In this document: piece by piece, positions 23,556 to 32,317 of the stretch | How the letters are laid out: every line of letters begins with the position of its first letter | Numbering within the stretch: the stretch's first letter is position 1 | Source: Patescibacteria group bacterium | GTDB taxonomy: Bacteria; Patescibacteriota; Patescibacteriia; SG8-24; DYFX01 | Direction: 5' to 3' | NCBI GenBank assembly: GCA_030583805.1 | Contig: CP129476.1 | Coordinates: 1 to 51,452, forward strand | DNA: 51,452 nucleotides | Program-made: the position numbers and the translations under genes | Notes under the pieces: model-generated | Database searches by the model: none | What the model saw: the letters and a program-made list of their open reading frames with translations, nothing else | Told to the model about the DNA's origin: nothing

Positions 23556-26306
23556 TTACGAGCGTGAGCGGCGCAGGAACGGCACCGCGATCAGGAGAAC
23601 GCTCCAAAGCGTCCACGCCGGCATGCCGGTGACCGGCAGATCGCTGTCGGACGCGCCCAAGACTTGGGGTACCGGGCCGACCGGAGCGGTCGGTTCGGGC
23701 GCGGGCGGCGGCGTCGGGTCTCCGCCGGAGGGCGGGGCCGGAGGCGGCGTCGGGTCTCCACCGGAAGGCGGATTCGGGCTGCCGCCACTGGGCGGGAAAT
23801 CGTCGTGGGTCACGACGCAGATGGCGCTTTGATTCACGGCAAGCGTGCCGGTGCAGCCGGGGCTGAAGCTCCTGGCGTAGGCAGGATTGACGGAGCTGTC
23901 GACGACATAGGCGCCCGGGGCGTAGGCAAACGTGAAGCCGGGGGTATCCATACCGGCGAACGTCGAAACGATGGAAATGCCGTCGCCGACCATCATCAGG
24001 AAGGAGGCCGGCAGCGCAATGCCGCCGTCGTCATTGATGACGCGCGTCACGACGGTCAGCTGGGCGGACGAGTTGCCTCCGCCGCCCGGCGGCGTCGGGG
24101 CGATGTCGTCGTTCGTGATGGTGCACGTCTTGTAGTCTCCGGAAGAGATCGTGACGAGACCAGAAGCGTCGCAGTCGCCGGAGAACGAAGCGGCATAGTT
24201 CGGCGATCCCGTTTCGCTGACGACGTACGAGCCCTCAGACAAGACGTTCGCGGAGCCGGAAACGACCGACGTCTGATTGATGAAGAGCGGGAAGTCGGAA
24301 ACCTGGGCCGAGCCGCCGTCGTTGTTGATGACGACTTTGACGACGGTCAGGACGCCGGTCGAAGGTTCTTCATCCTCAGGCGGGGCGACGTAGGTGTTGG
24401 TGATGGTGCAGGTCAGGTTTTCGTCGGCGGCAAGGGTCACATTGCCCTGCGCGTCGCAATCGCCAGTGATGACGCCCGTGTAGTTCGCTTGATTCGTCTC
24501 GCTGACGACGTAGGAGCCGACCGGCAACGTTTCAGCCTGGCTGGACGTCACCGACGTCTGACCGATGAACAGCGGGAAGTCGGACACCTGCGCGGTGCCG
24601 CCACTCACGACTTTTACGACGGTGATCGTGCCGGTTTGCGCCGGAGGAGCGTCGTAGGTGTTGGTGATCGTGCACGTCTTGTTATCGCCGTTTTCGAGCG
24701 TGATGCCTCCTTGAGGATCGCAATCGCCGGAAATAACGCTGGTGTAGTTCGTCTGGTTCGGATCGTTCGTTTCGCTGACGACGTAGCTGCCGGCATTCAC
24801 CGTGTTCTGCGCGCCGCTCGTAACCTGGGTGTTGCCGATGAACAACGGGAAATCGCTGGCGGTCATGGAGCCGCCGACAACCACCTTCTCGACCGTCAGG
24901 ACGGCCGGGGCGTCGTCGTTCGTCAGCGTGCAGGTCAACTCTTCGCCAGCAGCCAACGTCACAAACGGGCTGCCGTCGCAGGCGCCGGAGAAGGTCGTGG
25001 TGTAGTAGCCGTTCGAACCCTGTTCAGAGATCCAGTAGGTGCCTGGCGCGAAGGTGTTGGCATCGCCGGAGTGAACGCTCGTGCTGGTGCTTGTATCGAC
25101 GACTTGGCCAGGAGCTTCGTAAACGAAGAACTGGAAATCGCCAAGCGTGGCGTCGCCGCCGTTGTCGTTCACGATGACTTTTTCGACCGTGATCGTTCCG
25201 GTGGTCGGAGCGATGGCGTCATCGTTGTTGGTCACGACGCAGGTCTTTGTTTCGCCTGAAGCAATCGTGCCGGTGCAATCAGTCGAGTAAGAAGCGGTAT
25301 AGCCTGAAGCAGCCGTTTCGACGACGGAGTAGGAGCCGGCATCCATGGTGATGCTCGTGCCGGTGTCGGAACCGGGGAAGGACGACGTCGAAACATTCGT
25401 ACCGGTGACGTTCATCGTGAAGTCAGAGGCAACGGAAGTACCAGCATCGTCGTTGACAACGTCTTTGATGACGATCAGGGTGCCGGGCTGTGTCGCAGCC
25501 GAAACAGCGTCTGCCGAAAGGGAGCGGTCTTGGTTGCCGAGGTTGGCGCCCGTCAGGCTGACAAGACGCATGTGATACGGCGAGCCGCTGATGCCGCCCG
25601 CGGAGTTACCCGTGCCCCAGTCTGAAGACGAGCCGATATGGCCTCCCCAGGCAAAGACAACCGTCGATTCGCTCGCGGTGAATTGGATCTGAACCTGCGT
25701 CGAGGCCGACGAAGCGGTCAGGTCGCCTTCGGAAACGTAGGTAATGCCGGTTCCGGAAATCGAGGCGTTATACATCGACAACGCGCGCTCGGATGCAGGG
25801 AGCGCGTTGAACGAGGTTGTCGGTTGGCCGGAAGTGGGCGAGTTCGTCGAGCTCGGTGCCGGGAATGCGGCAGTGCCGGAAAGAGAGCAGGGGGACACGT
25901 TGTCGCACGGACTGGCCGTCGACTCGGTACGATCAAACGATGTTAGATAGTCGATCGCGTGCTTGCCGCTGTGCTTGATGTCGTACTCGATTACCAAGGT
26001 GATCGTCCCGGTCGTCGGGATGTTTTCCAAGATAACGCGATACGGCGCTGACTGGCCTTCAGCGTAATGCGAGTTATTGCTGTTCAGGTTGCCGTTTTGC
26101 CATGCGCTGCCCGTGCAGTCGTTCGGCGTTGAAACCGGGCCGTTGCTGCATTGATCGAGGTCGGCAGACGGGTTCGCTTGGTGGTTACCGGCCTGGACGG
26201 CAGCGCCAACGACGATCTGGGCGATCAAGGCAAACGCCAACAGGGCGACCGTGGACGTTTTGATCCCGGATGCCACGGAGCGATGAATAAAGGTAGACGT
26301 ACGCAT
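23556..26306 (-). CDS. Large LPXTG-anchored surface protein (916 aa) with six tandem Ig-like repeats
   Basis: AAAGGGAG SD and signal peptide. C-terminus is LPVTG (nt 23625-23639) plus a hydrophobic segment plus RRSRS. A Pro-rich stalk precedes it. Confidence 0.85.
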   Translation of the reverse strand: MRTSTFIHRSVASGIKTSTVALLAFALIAQIVVGAAVQAGNHQANPSADLDQCSNGPVSTPNDCTGSAWQNGNLNSNNSHYAEGQSAPYRVILENIPTTGTITLVIEYDIKHSGKHAIDYLTSFDRTESTASPCDNVSPCSLSGTAAFPAPSSTNSPTSGQPTTSFNALPASERALSMYNASISGTGITYVSEGDLTASSASTQVQIQFTASESTVVFAWGGHIGSSSDWGTGNSAGGISGSPYHMRLVSLTGANLGNQDRSLSADAVSAATQPGTLIVIKDVVNDDAGTSVASDFTMNVTGTNVSTSSFPGSDTGTSITMDAGSYSVVETAASGYTASYSTDCTGTIASGETKTCVVTNNDDAIAPTTGTITVEKVIVNDNGGDATLGDFQFFVYEAPGQVVDTSTSTSVHSGDANTFAPGTYWISEQGSNGYYTTTFSGACDGSPFVTLAAGEELTCTLTNDDAPAVLTVEKVVVGGSMTASDFPLFIGNTQVTSGAQNTVNAGSYVVSETNDPNQTNYTSVISGDCDPQGGITLENGDNKTCTITNTYDAPPAQTGTITVVKVVSGGTAQVSDFPLFIGQTSVTSSQAETLPVGSYVVSETNQANYTGVITGDCDAQGNVTLAADENLTCTITNTYVAPPEDEEPSTGVLTVVKVVINNDGGSAQVSDFPLFINQTSVVSGSANVLSEGSYVVSETGSPNYAASFSGDCDASGLVTISSGDYKTCTITNDDIAPTPPGGGGNSSAQLTVVTRVINDDGGIALPASFLMMVGDGISIVSTFAGMDTPGFTFAYAPGAYVVDSSVNPAYARSFSPGCTGTLAVNQSAICVVTHDDFPPSGGSPNPPSGGDPTPPPAPPSGGDPTPPPAPEPTAPVGPVPQVLGASDSDLPVTGMPAWTLWSVLLIAVPFLRRSRS
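23707..23778 (-). repeat. Two tandem 36-nt repeats encoding the PPSGGDPTPPPA stalk
   Basis: ggcggcgtcgggtctccRccggaRggcgg occurs at 23707 and 23743. Confidence 0.7.
23801..25484 (-). repeat. Six tandem domain repeats of about 90 aa within the LPXTG protein
   Basis: Recurrent pattern G(T/V)(I/L)TV.KVV...SDFPLFI...GSYVVSET...Y...(S/T)GDCD...C(T/V)(I/V)TN. Confidence 0.75.
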
Positions 26307-26410
26307 GGGAGTGCTCCCTTTAGAGTGAATAATGAACGCGCCAAGAAGGACGCGTTCCAGTGCACGAACCTCACCGTATTTAGCCTGGCGTGTCAAGGGG
26401 AAACACCCCC

Positions 26411-26441
26411 TTGCTCTGTTCGCCGCCGGCCGCCCTATCCT
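26411..26441 (+). promoter_or_regulatory. Promoter-like element TTGCTC-t-GTTCGCCGCCG-N7-TATCCT (19-nt spacer)
   Basis: The -10 ends 7 nt before the umuC ATG at 26449. Same register as the elements at 21227 and 38860. Confidence 0.45.
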
Positions 26442-26448
26442 GGGGGGT

Positions 26449-27723
26449 ATGCCGCAGCGATCCAAGACTCTTTTTGGCCTGGTGGATTGTAACAACTTCT
26501 TCGTTTCTTGCGAGAGGGTTTTTACCCCCAGCTTGGAGAAAAAACCGGTCGTCGTGCTCTCTTCGAACGACGGCTGTATTGTCGCGCGTTCGAATGAGGC
26601 GAAAGCGCTCGGGATCCCGATGGGCGCGCCGATGTTCGAGTGGCGGGACGTCTGCCGCCGGGGCGGCGTGGTCGCGCTCTCCGGCAACCACGCTCTTTAT
26701 GCCGACATGTCCGACCGCGTCATGCGTACGGTCGCCGAGTTCGTCGACGACTACGAGGTGTATTCCATCGACGAAGCCTTTTTGCGCTTCGGTCCGCGCG
26801 AGGATGCGGAGGGAACCTGCCGTGCCCTGCGCGCGGCGGTGCATCGACGCGTCGGCATTCCGGTCTCGATCGGCCTCGACGCCACGCGCACGCTCGCCAA
26901 GGCGGCGGCGAAGTTCGCGAAACGCCACCCCGAGTTGCACGGCGTCTTTTCGCTCCAGGGTCATCCGCGCAAGGACGAGCTGCTTGAATCATTCGAGGTC
27001 GGTGATCTTTGGGGAATCGGGCGCCAGTATTCCAAAAAATTGATCGGCGCCGGCATTCGGACGGCGCGGATGCTCCGCGACCTGCCTGATACCTGGATAC
27101 TCCGACATCTCGGCTCGTCCGGGCTTCGCGTCGCGATGGAGCTGCGCGGCATGCCGTGCGGCGAGTACGCCGCGGCGCGCGAACATCGCAAGAGCATCAT
27201 CTGTTCGCGTTCCTGCGGGCGGCCGATCGTTTCCTTGCCGGAACTGAAAGAGGCCGTGGCGACGCATATCGCTTCGGCGGCCGAGACGTTGCGCGAAGAC
27301 GGCTTGCGCGCGCGGTTCCTGACGGTTTTCGTCGGATTCCGCAAGCAGGGGTACGGCATGCCGTATCCCTCGGGGCGTTCCGTGCAGCTCGAAACGCCGA
27401 CCAACGACACGCCCGAACTCATTCGCGCCGCGCATACGCTCGTCGACGCGATGCATCACGACGGCTTGGCGTACAAGAAGGTCGGCGTGCGCCTGACGGA
27501 TTTTTCCGGCGAAGAGGCGCATCAGCTCGATGTGTTTGGAAGAGGCGAACCGGACCCCAAACGCCGCGCGGCTTGGGCGGCGCTCGACAAGATCAACGCG
27601 GAGTGGGGGACGGGCACCGTGAAATTCGCCGCCGAAGGCGTCGCGCGCGGCTGGAAGCCGAAAGCGGAACGCCGCTCTCCGCGCTACACCACGCGTTGGG
27701 ACGAACTCAAAGTCGTGCGTTGA
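26449..27723 (+). CDS. umuC: Y-family translesion DNA polymerase (UmuC/Pol V-like)
   Basis: LVDCNNFFVSCERVF, SSNDGCIVARSNEAKALGI, YSIDEAFL. Confidence 0.85.
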   Translation: MPQRSKTLFGLVDCNNFFVSCERVFTPSLEKKPVVVLSSNDGCIVARSNEAKALGIPMGAPMFEWRDVCRRGGVVALSGNHALYADMSDRVMRTVAEFVDDYEVYSIDEAFLRFGPREDAEGTCRALRAAVHRRVGIPVSIGLDATRTLAKAAAKFAKRHPELHGVFSLQGHPRKDELLESFEVGDLWGIGRQYSKKLIGAGIRTARMLRDLPDTWILRHLGSSGLRVAMELRGMPCGEYAAAREHRKSIICSRSCGRPIVSLPELKEAVATHIASAAETLREDGLRARFLTVFVGFRKQGYGMPYPSGRSVQLETPTNDTPELIRAAHTLVDAMHHDGLAYKKVGVRLTDFSGEEAHQLDVFGRGEPDPKRRAAWAALDKINAEWGTGTVKFAAEGVARGWKPKAERRSPRYTTRWDELKVVR

Positions 27724-27754
27724 AAAAGAAAAGACGAACCGCGCGCGGTTCGTC
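27723..27754 (-). terminator. Intrinsic terminator for the 27753-28094 gene; the hairpin is shared with the umuC 3' end
   Basis: Perfect palindrome gacgaaccgcg/cgcggttcgtc followed on the minus strand by TTTTCTTTTT. Confidence 0.7.
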
Positions 27755-28094
27755 ACCAGAAGCTGAGTCGTACCTCGTCCGGTCGGCGCGAAGCGCCGAG
27801 ATGTTCGCGAAGCTTCATGCGTTCGGCGGACGTCATCGTCACGACCTTGACCTTGTCGTCCTTGCCGCGGATCGGTTCGGGCTCGCTCGCGTGGAGCCAG
27901 CCGAAGATCATGTCGAACGCGTAACCGCCGTGCGTGACGCGGCAGAAGACGTAGGCCCTGGCTCCGAAGTCCCGCGTTTCCACGCGGTCGTGCTCGAATC
28001 TCGTCACGGGATTCTTGTAGGGCTTGAGCCCTTCGACGACGCGCACCCTCGGTCCATCTTCGTACACGAGCTTGATTCTTATGCCTTTGGGCAT
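27753..28094 (-). CDS. Hypothetical protein (113 aa)
   Basis: GGAGG SD 6 nt before the ATG. Has its own promoter and terminator. No recognisable motif. Confidence 0.6.
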   Translation of the reverse strand: MPKGIRIKLVYEDGPRVRVVEGLKPYKNPVTRFEHDRVETRDFGARAYVFCRVTHGGYAFDMIFGWLHASEPEPIRGKDDKVKVVTMTSAERMKLREHLGASRRPDEVRLSFW

Positions 28095-28111
28095 CGTGCT
28101 CCTCCGCGGCG

Positions 28112-28140
28112 AACCTAGCGCACATACGCCCTCTCGTCAA
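28112..28140 (-). promoter_or_regulatory. Promoter TTGACG-N17-TAGGTT
   Basis: Minus strand: ttgacg (28135-28140), 17-nt spacer, taggtt (28112-28117). Confidence 0.55.
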
Positions 28141-28187
28141 GCGTCGGTCGAGTGGAAAAACACCGTTCATTCTGGCACTATGAAGCC

Positions 28188-28556
28188 ATGGATACCCTGA
28201 AAAAACTGACGGAAGCCGCCAACGCCTTCCGCGACGACCGCGACTGGCGGCAGTTTCATACGCCGAAGGATCTGGCCGTCGGTTTGTCCCTCGAGGCTTC
28301 CGAAGTGCTGGAGCATTTTCTTTGGAAGAACGACGCGCAAGTCGCGGCGTACGTGAACGCCGGAGGAAAAGCGGAACTGAAAAAAGAAATGGCCGACGTC
28401 ATGATCTACCTCCTCTTCATGGCGCACGATCTCGGCATCGATCTTGAGCACGCCGTCCTCGACAAGCTGGAAGAGAACGCGCGCAAGTATCCGGTCGCGC
28501 AGGCCAAGGGACGCAGCGACAAGTACACGGCGTATCAACAAGCCGAACGCGCATGA
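28188..28556 (+). CDS. MazG-like nucleotide pyrophosphohydrolase
   Basis: FRDDRDWRQFHTPKDLA, EASEVLEHF and EMADVMIYL are typical of the all-alpha NTP-PPase fold. Confidence 0.8.
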   Translation: MDTLKKLTEAANAFRDDRDWRQFHTPKDLAVGLSLEASEVLEHFLWKNDAQVAAYVNAGGKAELKKEMADVMIYLLFMAHDLGIDLEHAVLDKLEENARKYPVAQAKGRSDKYTAYQQAERA

Positions 28557-28858
28557 AACGCGCCATCTACATCGTTCTCTTCGTCGTATTCGGAACGCTG
28601 CTCCAGTTCTTGGCGCACGCGCTGCTTGAAATGGGCATGATCTCGCTCCTGCTCGCCGACTTCGAGCGGTACGGCCTCGGTCTTTCCTGGAGCCAGTGGT
28701 ACGCGGTGCACCGGATGCTGAGCCTCGCGTTGCTTGTCGCCGGCGTCACGCTCGGCTATCGCGGCGGCGTCTATTGGTGGCAGGCGATCTACGTTGAACA
28801 ACGGTACAAGCAATGGAAGTGGTGGCCTAAAAAAACGTCTCTTCGACCGCGCGTATGA
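28553..28858 (+). CDS. Hypothetical membrane protein (3 TM)
   Basis: ATGA overlap with the upstream gene. Hydrophobic. Confidence 0.5.
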   Translation: MKRAIYIVLFVVFGTLLQFLAHALLEMGMISLLLADFERYGLGLSWSQWYAVHRMLSLALLVAGVTLGYRGGVYWWQAIYVEQRYKQWKWWPKKTSLRPRV

Positions 28859-29349
28859 ACAAAGTTTTTTTGATGTGCAGCCTGCTCTTTTTGGGATTCG
28901 GATGCGGACGCACCGTCGCCATCACGACGTTTGAAGAGTGCGTCGAAGCTGGAAACGCCGTCATGGAGTCGTATCCGCGCCAATGCCGCGCGGGCGGCAC
29001 GACGTTCGTGGAGCAGCTCCCGGAACCTCCGGCTCCAGAGACGGAATCTTCGGTCGACATCACGCTCGGCGAGGCGTTCACCTTGCAGCCGGGGCAAACG
29101 GGCGAAATCGACGGAGGCGTCCGTTTGACGCTGCTCGGGATCAACGACTCTCGCTGTCCGGCGGACGTGCAATGCATTTGGGCGGGGGAGCTCACCGCGC
29201 ACCTGAGGCTCGACGTTTCGGAAGAGACGCCGTCCCTTCAGGAGTTTTTCCTCGGCACGGCGCGTGGCAGCACGACTCGCGTATCCGGATACGCCTTCAC
29301 GCTCAAGGACGCTTCGGAAGAGCGCGTTACGCTCGTCGTGACGCGTTGA
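28855..29349 (+). CDS. Hypothetical lipoprotein
   Basis: ATGA overlap with the upstream gene. Lipobox LGFGC. Confidence 0.6.
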   Translation: MNKVFLMCSLLFLGFGCGRTVAITTFEECVEAGNAVMESYPRQCRAGGTTFVEQLPEPPAPETESSVDITLGEAFTLQPGQTGEIDGGVRLTLLGINDSRCPADVQCIWAGELTAHLRLDVSEETPSLQEFFLGTARGSTTRVSGYAFTLKDASEERVTLVVTR

Positions 29350-29351
29350 GT

Positions 29352-29510
29352 ATGTCGCTCGACGATTTCTTTTTCTATCTTCCCGCCTACGGCTCGATCG
29401 CGCTCGCGTTAGCCGGCGCGGCGGCGTCGTGGCTCGCTTGGCGTTTGTTGGCCGCATGGCATCGCAAGCGCCGCGCCGCCAAATCTGTGGAAAACTCGCC
29501 AAAAACGTGA
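29352..29510 (+). CDS. Possible small single-TM protein (52 aa)
   Basis: ATG 2 nt after the upstream stop. One TM followed by a basic tail. Weak evidence. Confidence 0.3.
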   Translation: MSLDDFFFYLPAYGSIALALAGAAASWLAWRLLAAWHRKRRAAKSVENSPKT

Positions 29511-29526
29511 TATACTTGATCGCGTC

Positions 29527-29550
29527 AAAGCGTCTTTTAACGCTTTTTAT
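29527..29550 (+). terminator. Weak AT-rich hairpin (possible terminator or leader structure)
   Basis: aaagcgt/acgcttt stem followed by tta. Confidence 0.3.
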
Positions 29551-29562
29551 CTCTTGCTCGAT

Positions 29563-29856
29563 ATGATGAATGGCAAAGGCATGTGCTCCTTGCACAAAGC
29601 GGCCTGGGTCCTCGTGCTCGTGGGCGCGTTGAACTGGGGTTTGGTCGGCGCGATGAACTACAATCTCGTCGAAGCGCTGCTCGGCAGCTGGCCGACGGTC
29701 GTGCGCGTGGTCTACATCCTGGTCGGCGTGTCGGCGCTCATGATGCTCGCGGCCGGCAAGTGCTGCATGAAGGGCGGCTGCAAGTGCAGCGACGGCGGCT
29801 GCGGCCACTGCGGTTCGGAACAGAAGAAGCCCATGATGGGCGGTCAGCCGATGTAA
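29563..29856 (+). CDS. DUF378-family membrane protein with a Cys-rich C-terminal tail
   Basis: Core LVGALNWGLVGAMNYNLVE. Tail GKCCMKGGCKCSDGGCGHCG. Confidence 0.7.
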   Translation: MMNGKGMCSLHKAAWVLVLVGALNWGLVGAMNYNLVEALLGSWPTVVRVVYILVGVSALMMLAAGKCCMKGGCKCSDGGCGHCGSEQKKPMMGGQPM

Positions 29857-29865
29857 AACGATAAG

Positions 29866-29894
29866 CCGATCCTGGACGCCAGGGTCGGTTTTTT
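29866..29894 (+). terminator. Intrinsic terminator
   Basis: ccgatcctgg/ccagggtcgg stem followed by TTTTTT. Confidence 0.75.
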
Positions 29895-29928
29895 GATAGG
29901 AAGAGTGCGGACGCACAACGGAGGCACC

Positions 29929-30990
29929 ATGATCGAGCCCATCAGGTTCGCAGGTTCTGTGTATGACGGCGGCGTCGACGTCGGACGCAAGACGGCGGCG
30001 ATCGTGCGTTCCACGCTGGAACGCGTCGAGCGGCGGCTTCTCGGAGCCTTCGGCGGCGATCACGTACGCATGCGTCACGTCGCACACGAGATCGCGCGGA
30101 AGGGGGAGGAGGCGTTCCCTGCGTCGGACGAGTTCCTTCAGGGGCTCGCCCGCGGAACGGGGATCGACTACCTGCGCCTGATCGTCCTTTCCTTCTCCGA
30201 GGAAGTTCTCGAACTCGGATTGGAAGCTCCTCGGGAGCGCGATCGGTGTTCAACGCTGGCGGTCCGCGCGGCCTTTCGCTGGCTCGTGGGGCACCAGGAA
30301 GACTACAAGGGAGAGTATCTCGGAAGCATGATCGTCACCGATCTGGCGTTCACGGGATATCCCCGCATGGTCGGCGTCGGCTTCCCAGGCCAGCTTCCGG
30401 GCAATGCCGGAATGCTGAACGAAGCCGGCGTGTTTCTGTCCAACGACGCCTTGTGGTGCGCCGCGCAGGACGGGTTTCCCAAACAGTCCGTTCAGTTCGA
30501 AGCGTGCCTGCAAGTCGAGGCGCTCACGGCCGCCCTGTGTCTCATGAAGCGTCGTCCGGCGCTGACCGATCATTTCCTGATCGTCGGCACGGACACGGCT
30601 CTCTCCCTCGAAATCGCTCCTCCCGGACACGTGCACGGCTCGGAAGCGAGCTTGCTCGTCCTCGGCGAGGACGCGAAGGCCCTGACGCATGCCAATAGCG
30701 TGAAGCGTTTGCTGCTCAAGGAACCGGATCCGGCTCCGCCGGGTTCGCGCGTGCGGCAAGCGCTGCTCGACGCCATCGCCGAGCTTGATCCGCCGCAGAC
30801 GTTCGAAGCCATGCAAGAGCGCATGATGGCGGAGGACGGCATCTTGAACCGCACCGCGCAGCGCAACTGGACCATGCAACAGGACAGCGTGACGCTCGCC
30901 AGCGTGATCGCCGACCTGGGCGAGAAGCGCATCGCCATCGTCCGTTACCGCGCGGACGGTTCGTCCCATGTTGACGAATTCCGCCTCTGA
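29929..30990 (+). CDS. Peptidase C45 / acyl-CoA:6-APA acyltransferase-like Ntn hydrolase
   Basis: GGAGG SD 5 nt before the ATG. Candidate nucleophile Cys in RDRCSTLAV. Family call comes from overall pattern only. Confidence 0.55.
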   Translation: MIEPIRFAGSVYDGGVDVGRKTAAIVRSTLERVERRLLGAFGGDHVRMRHVAHEIARKGEEAFPASDEFLQGLARGTGIDYLRLIVLSFSEEVLELGLEAPRERDRCSTLAVRAAFRWLVGHQEDYKGEYLGSMIVTDLAFTGYPRMVGVGFPGQLPGNAGMLNEAGVFLSNDALWCAAQDGFPKQSVQFEACLQVEALTAALCLMKRRPALTDHFLIVGTDTALSLEIAPPGHVHGSEASLLVLGEDAKALTHANSVKRLLLKEPDPAPPGSRVRQALLDAIAELDPPQTFEAMQERMMAEDGILNRTAQRNWTMQQDSVTLASVIADLGEKRIAIVRYRADGSSHVDEFRL

Positions 30991-31014
30991 CCCGCTCGAC
31001 TGAGCGGGTTTTTT
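30990..31014 (+). terminator. Intrinsic terminator
   Basis: acccgctc/gagcgggt stem followed by TTTTT. Confidence 0.8.
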
Positions 31015-31020
31015 ATTTGA

Positions 31021-31029
31021 TGCTATACT
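31021..31029 (+). promoter_or_regulatory. Extended -10 element TGcTATACT, 8 nt upstream of the VIT1 ATG
   Basis: tgctatact ttccttgt ATG (31038). Confidence 0.45.
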
Positions 31030-31037
31030 TTCCTTGT

Positions 31038-31751
31038 ATGCCGAATCACTCCACCAGAGGCGCGTACGGAAAGCTTTTGAATGCCATTCGCGAGCTCGTC
31101 TTCGGCTTGGAGGACGGCCTCGTTTCGACGATGGGCGCCGTCGCGGGCATCGCGGCCGGTACGGAAAACGGCGGAATCGTCGTGCTCTCCGGCCTCGTGA
31201 TCATCGCGGTCGAAGCGTTATCGATGGCGGCCGGCTCGTATCTCTCCAACAAGTCGCATCGCGAGATGCTCGAGAAAAAAATCGCCGACGAGCGCGAGGA
31301 GATCGAAACGAAGCCGGAAGAAGAAACGGAAGAGCTGCGAGTCATGTACCGCCAGCGCGGCTTCTCGCCCGATGAAGTGGAAATCCTGGTGCGCCGCATC
31401 ACGGCGAACAAGGAACTCTGGCTTGAGGAGATGGTGGCGAAAGAGCTTCGCATAGGCATGCATGATCTTGAAGAACCGAACTCCCGCGCCGTTATCATGG
31501 GGTTCTCGTACGTCGCCGGCGGCGCGGTGCCGCTCTTGCCGTATCTCGTGCTGCCGGTCGGATTCGCGCTGCCGGTTTCGGTTGTTGCGACCATTATCGC
31601 GTTGTATGTCATCGGCTACATGAAGGGGCGCGCGACGGGGCTCAGCCGCTTCAAGAGCGGCGGAGAAATGGTGCTCGTGGCCTCGGCGGCCGCCCTGATT
31701 GCGTATGCGATCGGCAAGGCGGTCGGGCATATTTTCGGCCTGACCGTCTAG
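31038..31751 (+). CDS. VIT1/CCC1-family iron/manganese transporter
   Basis: ELVFGLEDGLVSTMGAVAGIA, an acidic cytoplasmic helix region, and C-terminal TM helices. Confidence 0.85.
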   Translation: MPNHSTRGAYGKLLNAIRELVFGLEDGLVSTMGAVAGIAAGTENGGIVVLSGLVIIAVEALSMAAGSYLSNKSHREMLEKKIADEREEIETKPEEETEELRVMYRQRGFSPDEVEILVRRITANKELWLEEMVAKELRIGMHDLEEPNSRAVIMGFSYVAGGAVPLLPYLVLPVGFALPVSVVATIIALYVIGYMKGRATGLSRFKSGGEMVLVASAAALIAYAIGKAVGHIFGLTV

Positions 31752-31752
31752 T

Positions 31753-32313
31753 ATGAACGAACGCGCCGTGCATTTCATAAAAGACGCCAGCGTTCTCGGC
31801 GTCAGCGTGGCGGTGGCCGTATTGATTGCGACGACGGATACGGTTTCGCGCTTTCTCGTTTCGACGCAGGAGCTGCAAGTGATCGGAAGTTTTTTGGCGG
31901 GCATGTGCTTCACGTCGGTGCTCACCACGGCTCCCGCCATCGTCACCCTCGGCGAAATCGTGGCGCTCGGCGGGAGCCCCTGGATGACGGCTGCGATCGG
32001 CGCTCTCGGCGCCGTGCTCGGCGATCTGCTCTTGTTCGCCGTCGTTCGAGACCGGTTGTCGGAACATTTGGCCGAACATCTCAAAAACACGCGCGGTTGG
32101 AGCCGTTTTTCGCTCCTGATGCGCTCGAAGTCCATGCGGTGGTTTTCGTTTTTTGTGGGGGCCTTGGTCATCGCCTCGCCGTTCCCCGACGAGCTCGGCG
32201 TGAGTCTTCTCGGCATCGCCAAAATGCGCACGATCTGGTTCGTGCTCATATCGTACACGTTTAATTTTATCGGGATCTTGGCGCTCGGCGGCGTCGTTCG
32301 TCTTCTGGTGTAA
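31753..32313 (+). CDS. Hypothetical polytopic membrane protein
   Basis: 186 aa, about 5 TM. Starts 1 nt after the VIT1 stop. Confidence 0.55.
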   Translation: MNERAVHFIKDASVLGVSVAVAVLIATTDTVSRFLVSTQELQVIGSFLAGMCFTSVLTTAPAIVTLGEIVALGGSPWMTAAIGALGAVLGDLLLFAVVRDRLSEHLAEHLKNTRGWSRFSLLMRSKSMRWFSFFVGALVIASPFPDELGVSLLGIAKMRTIWFVLISYTFNFIGILALGGVVRLLV

Positions 32314-32317
32314 CGCC

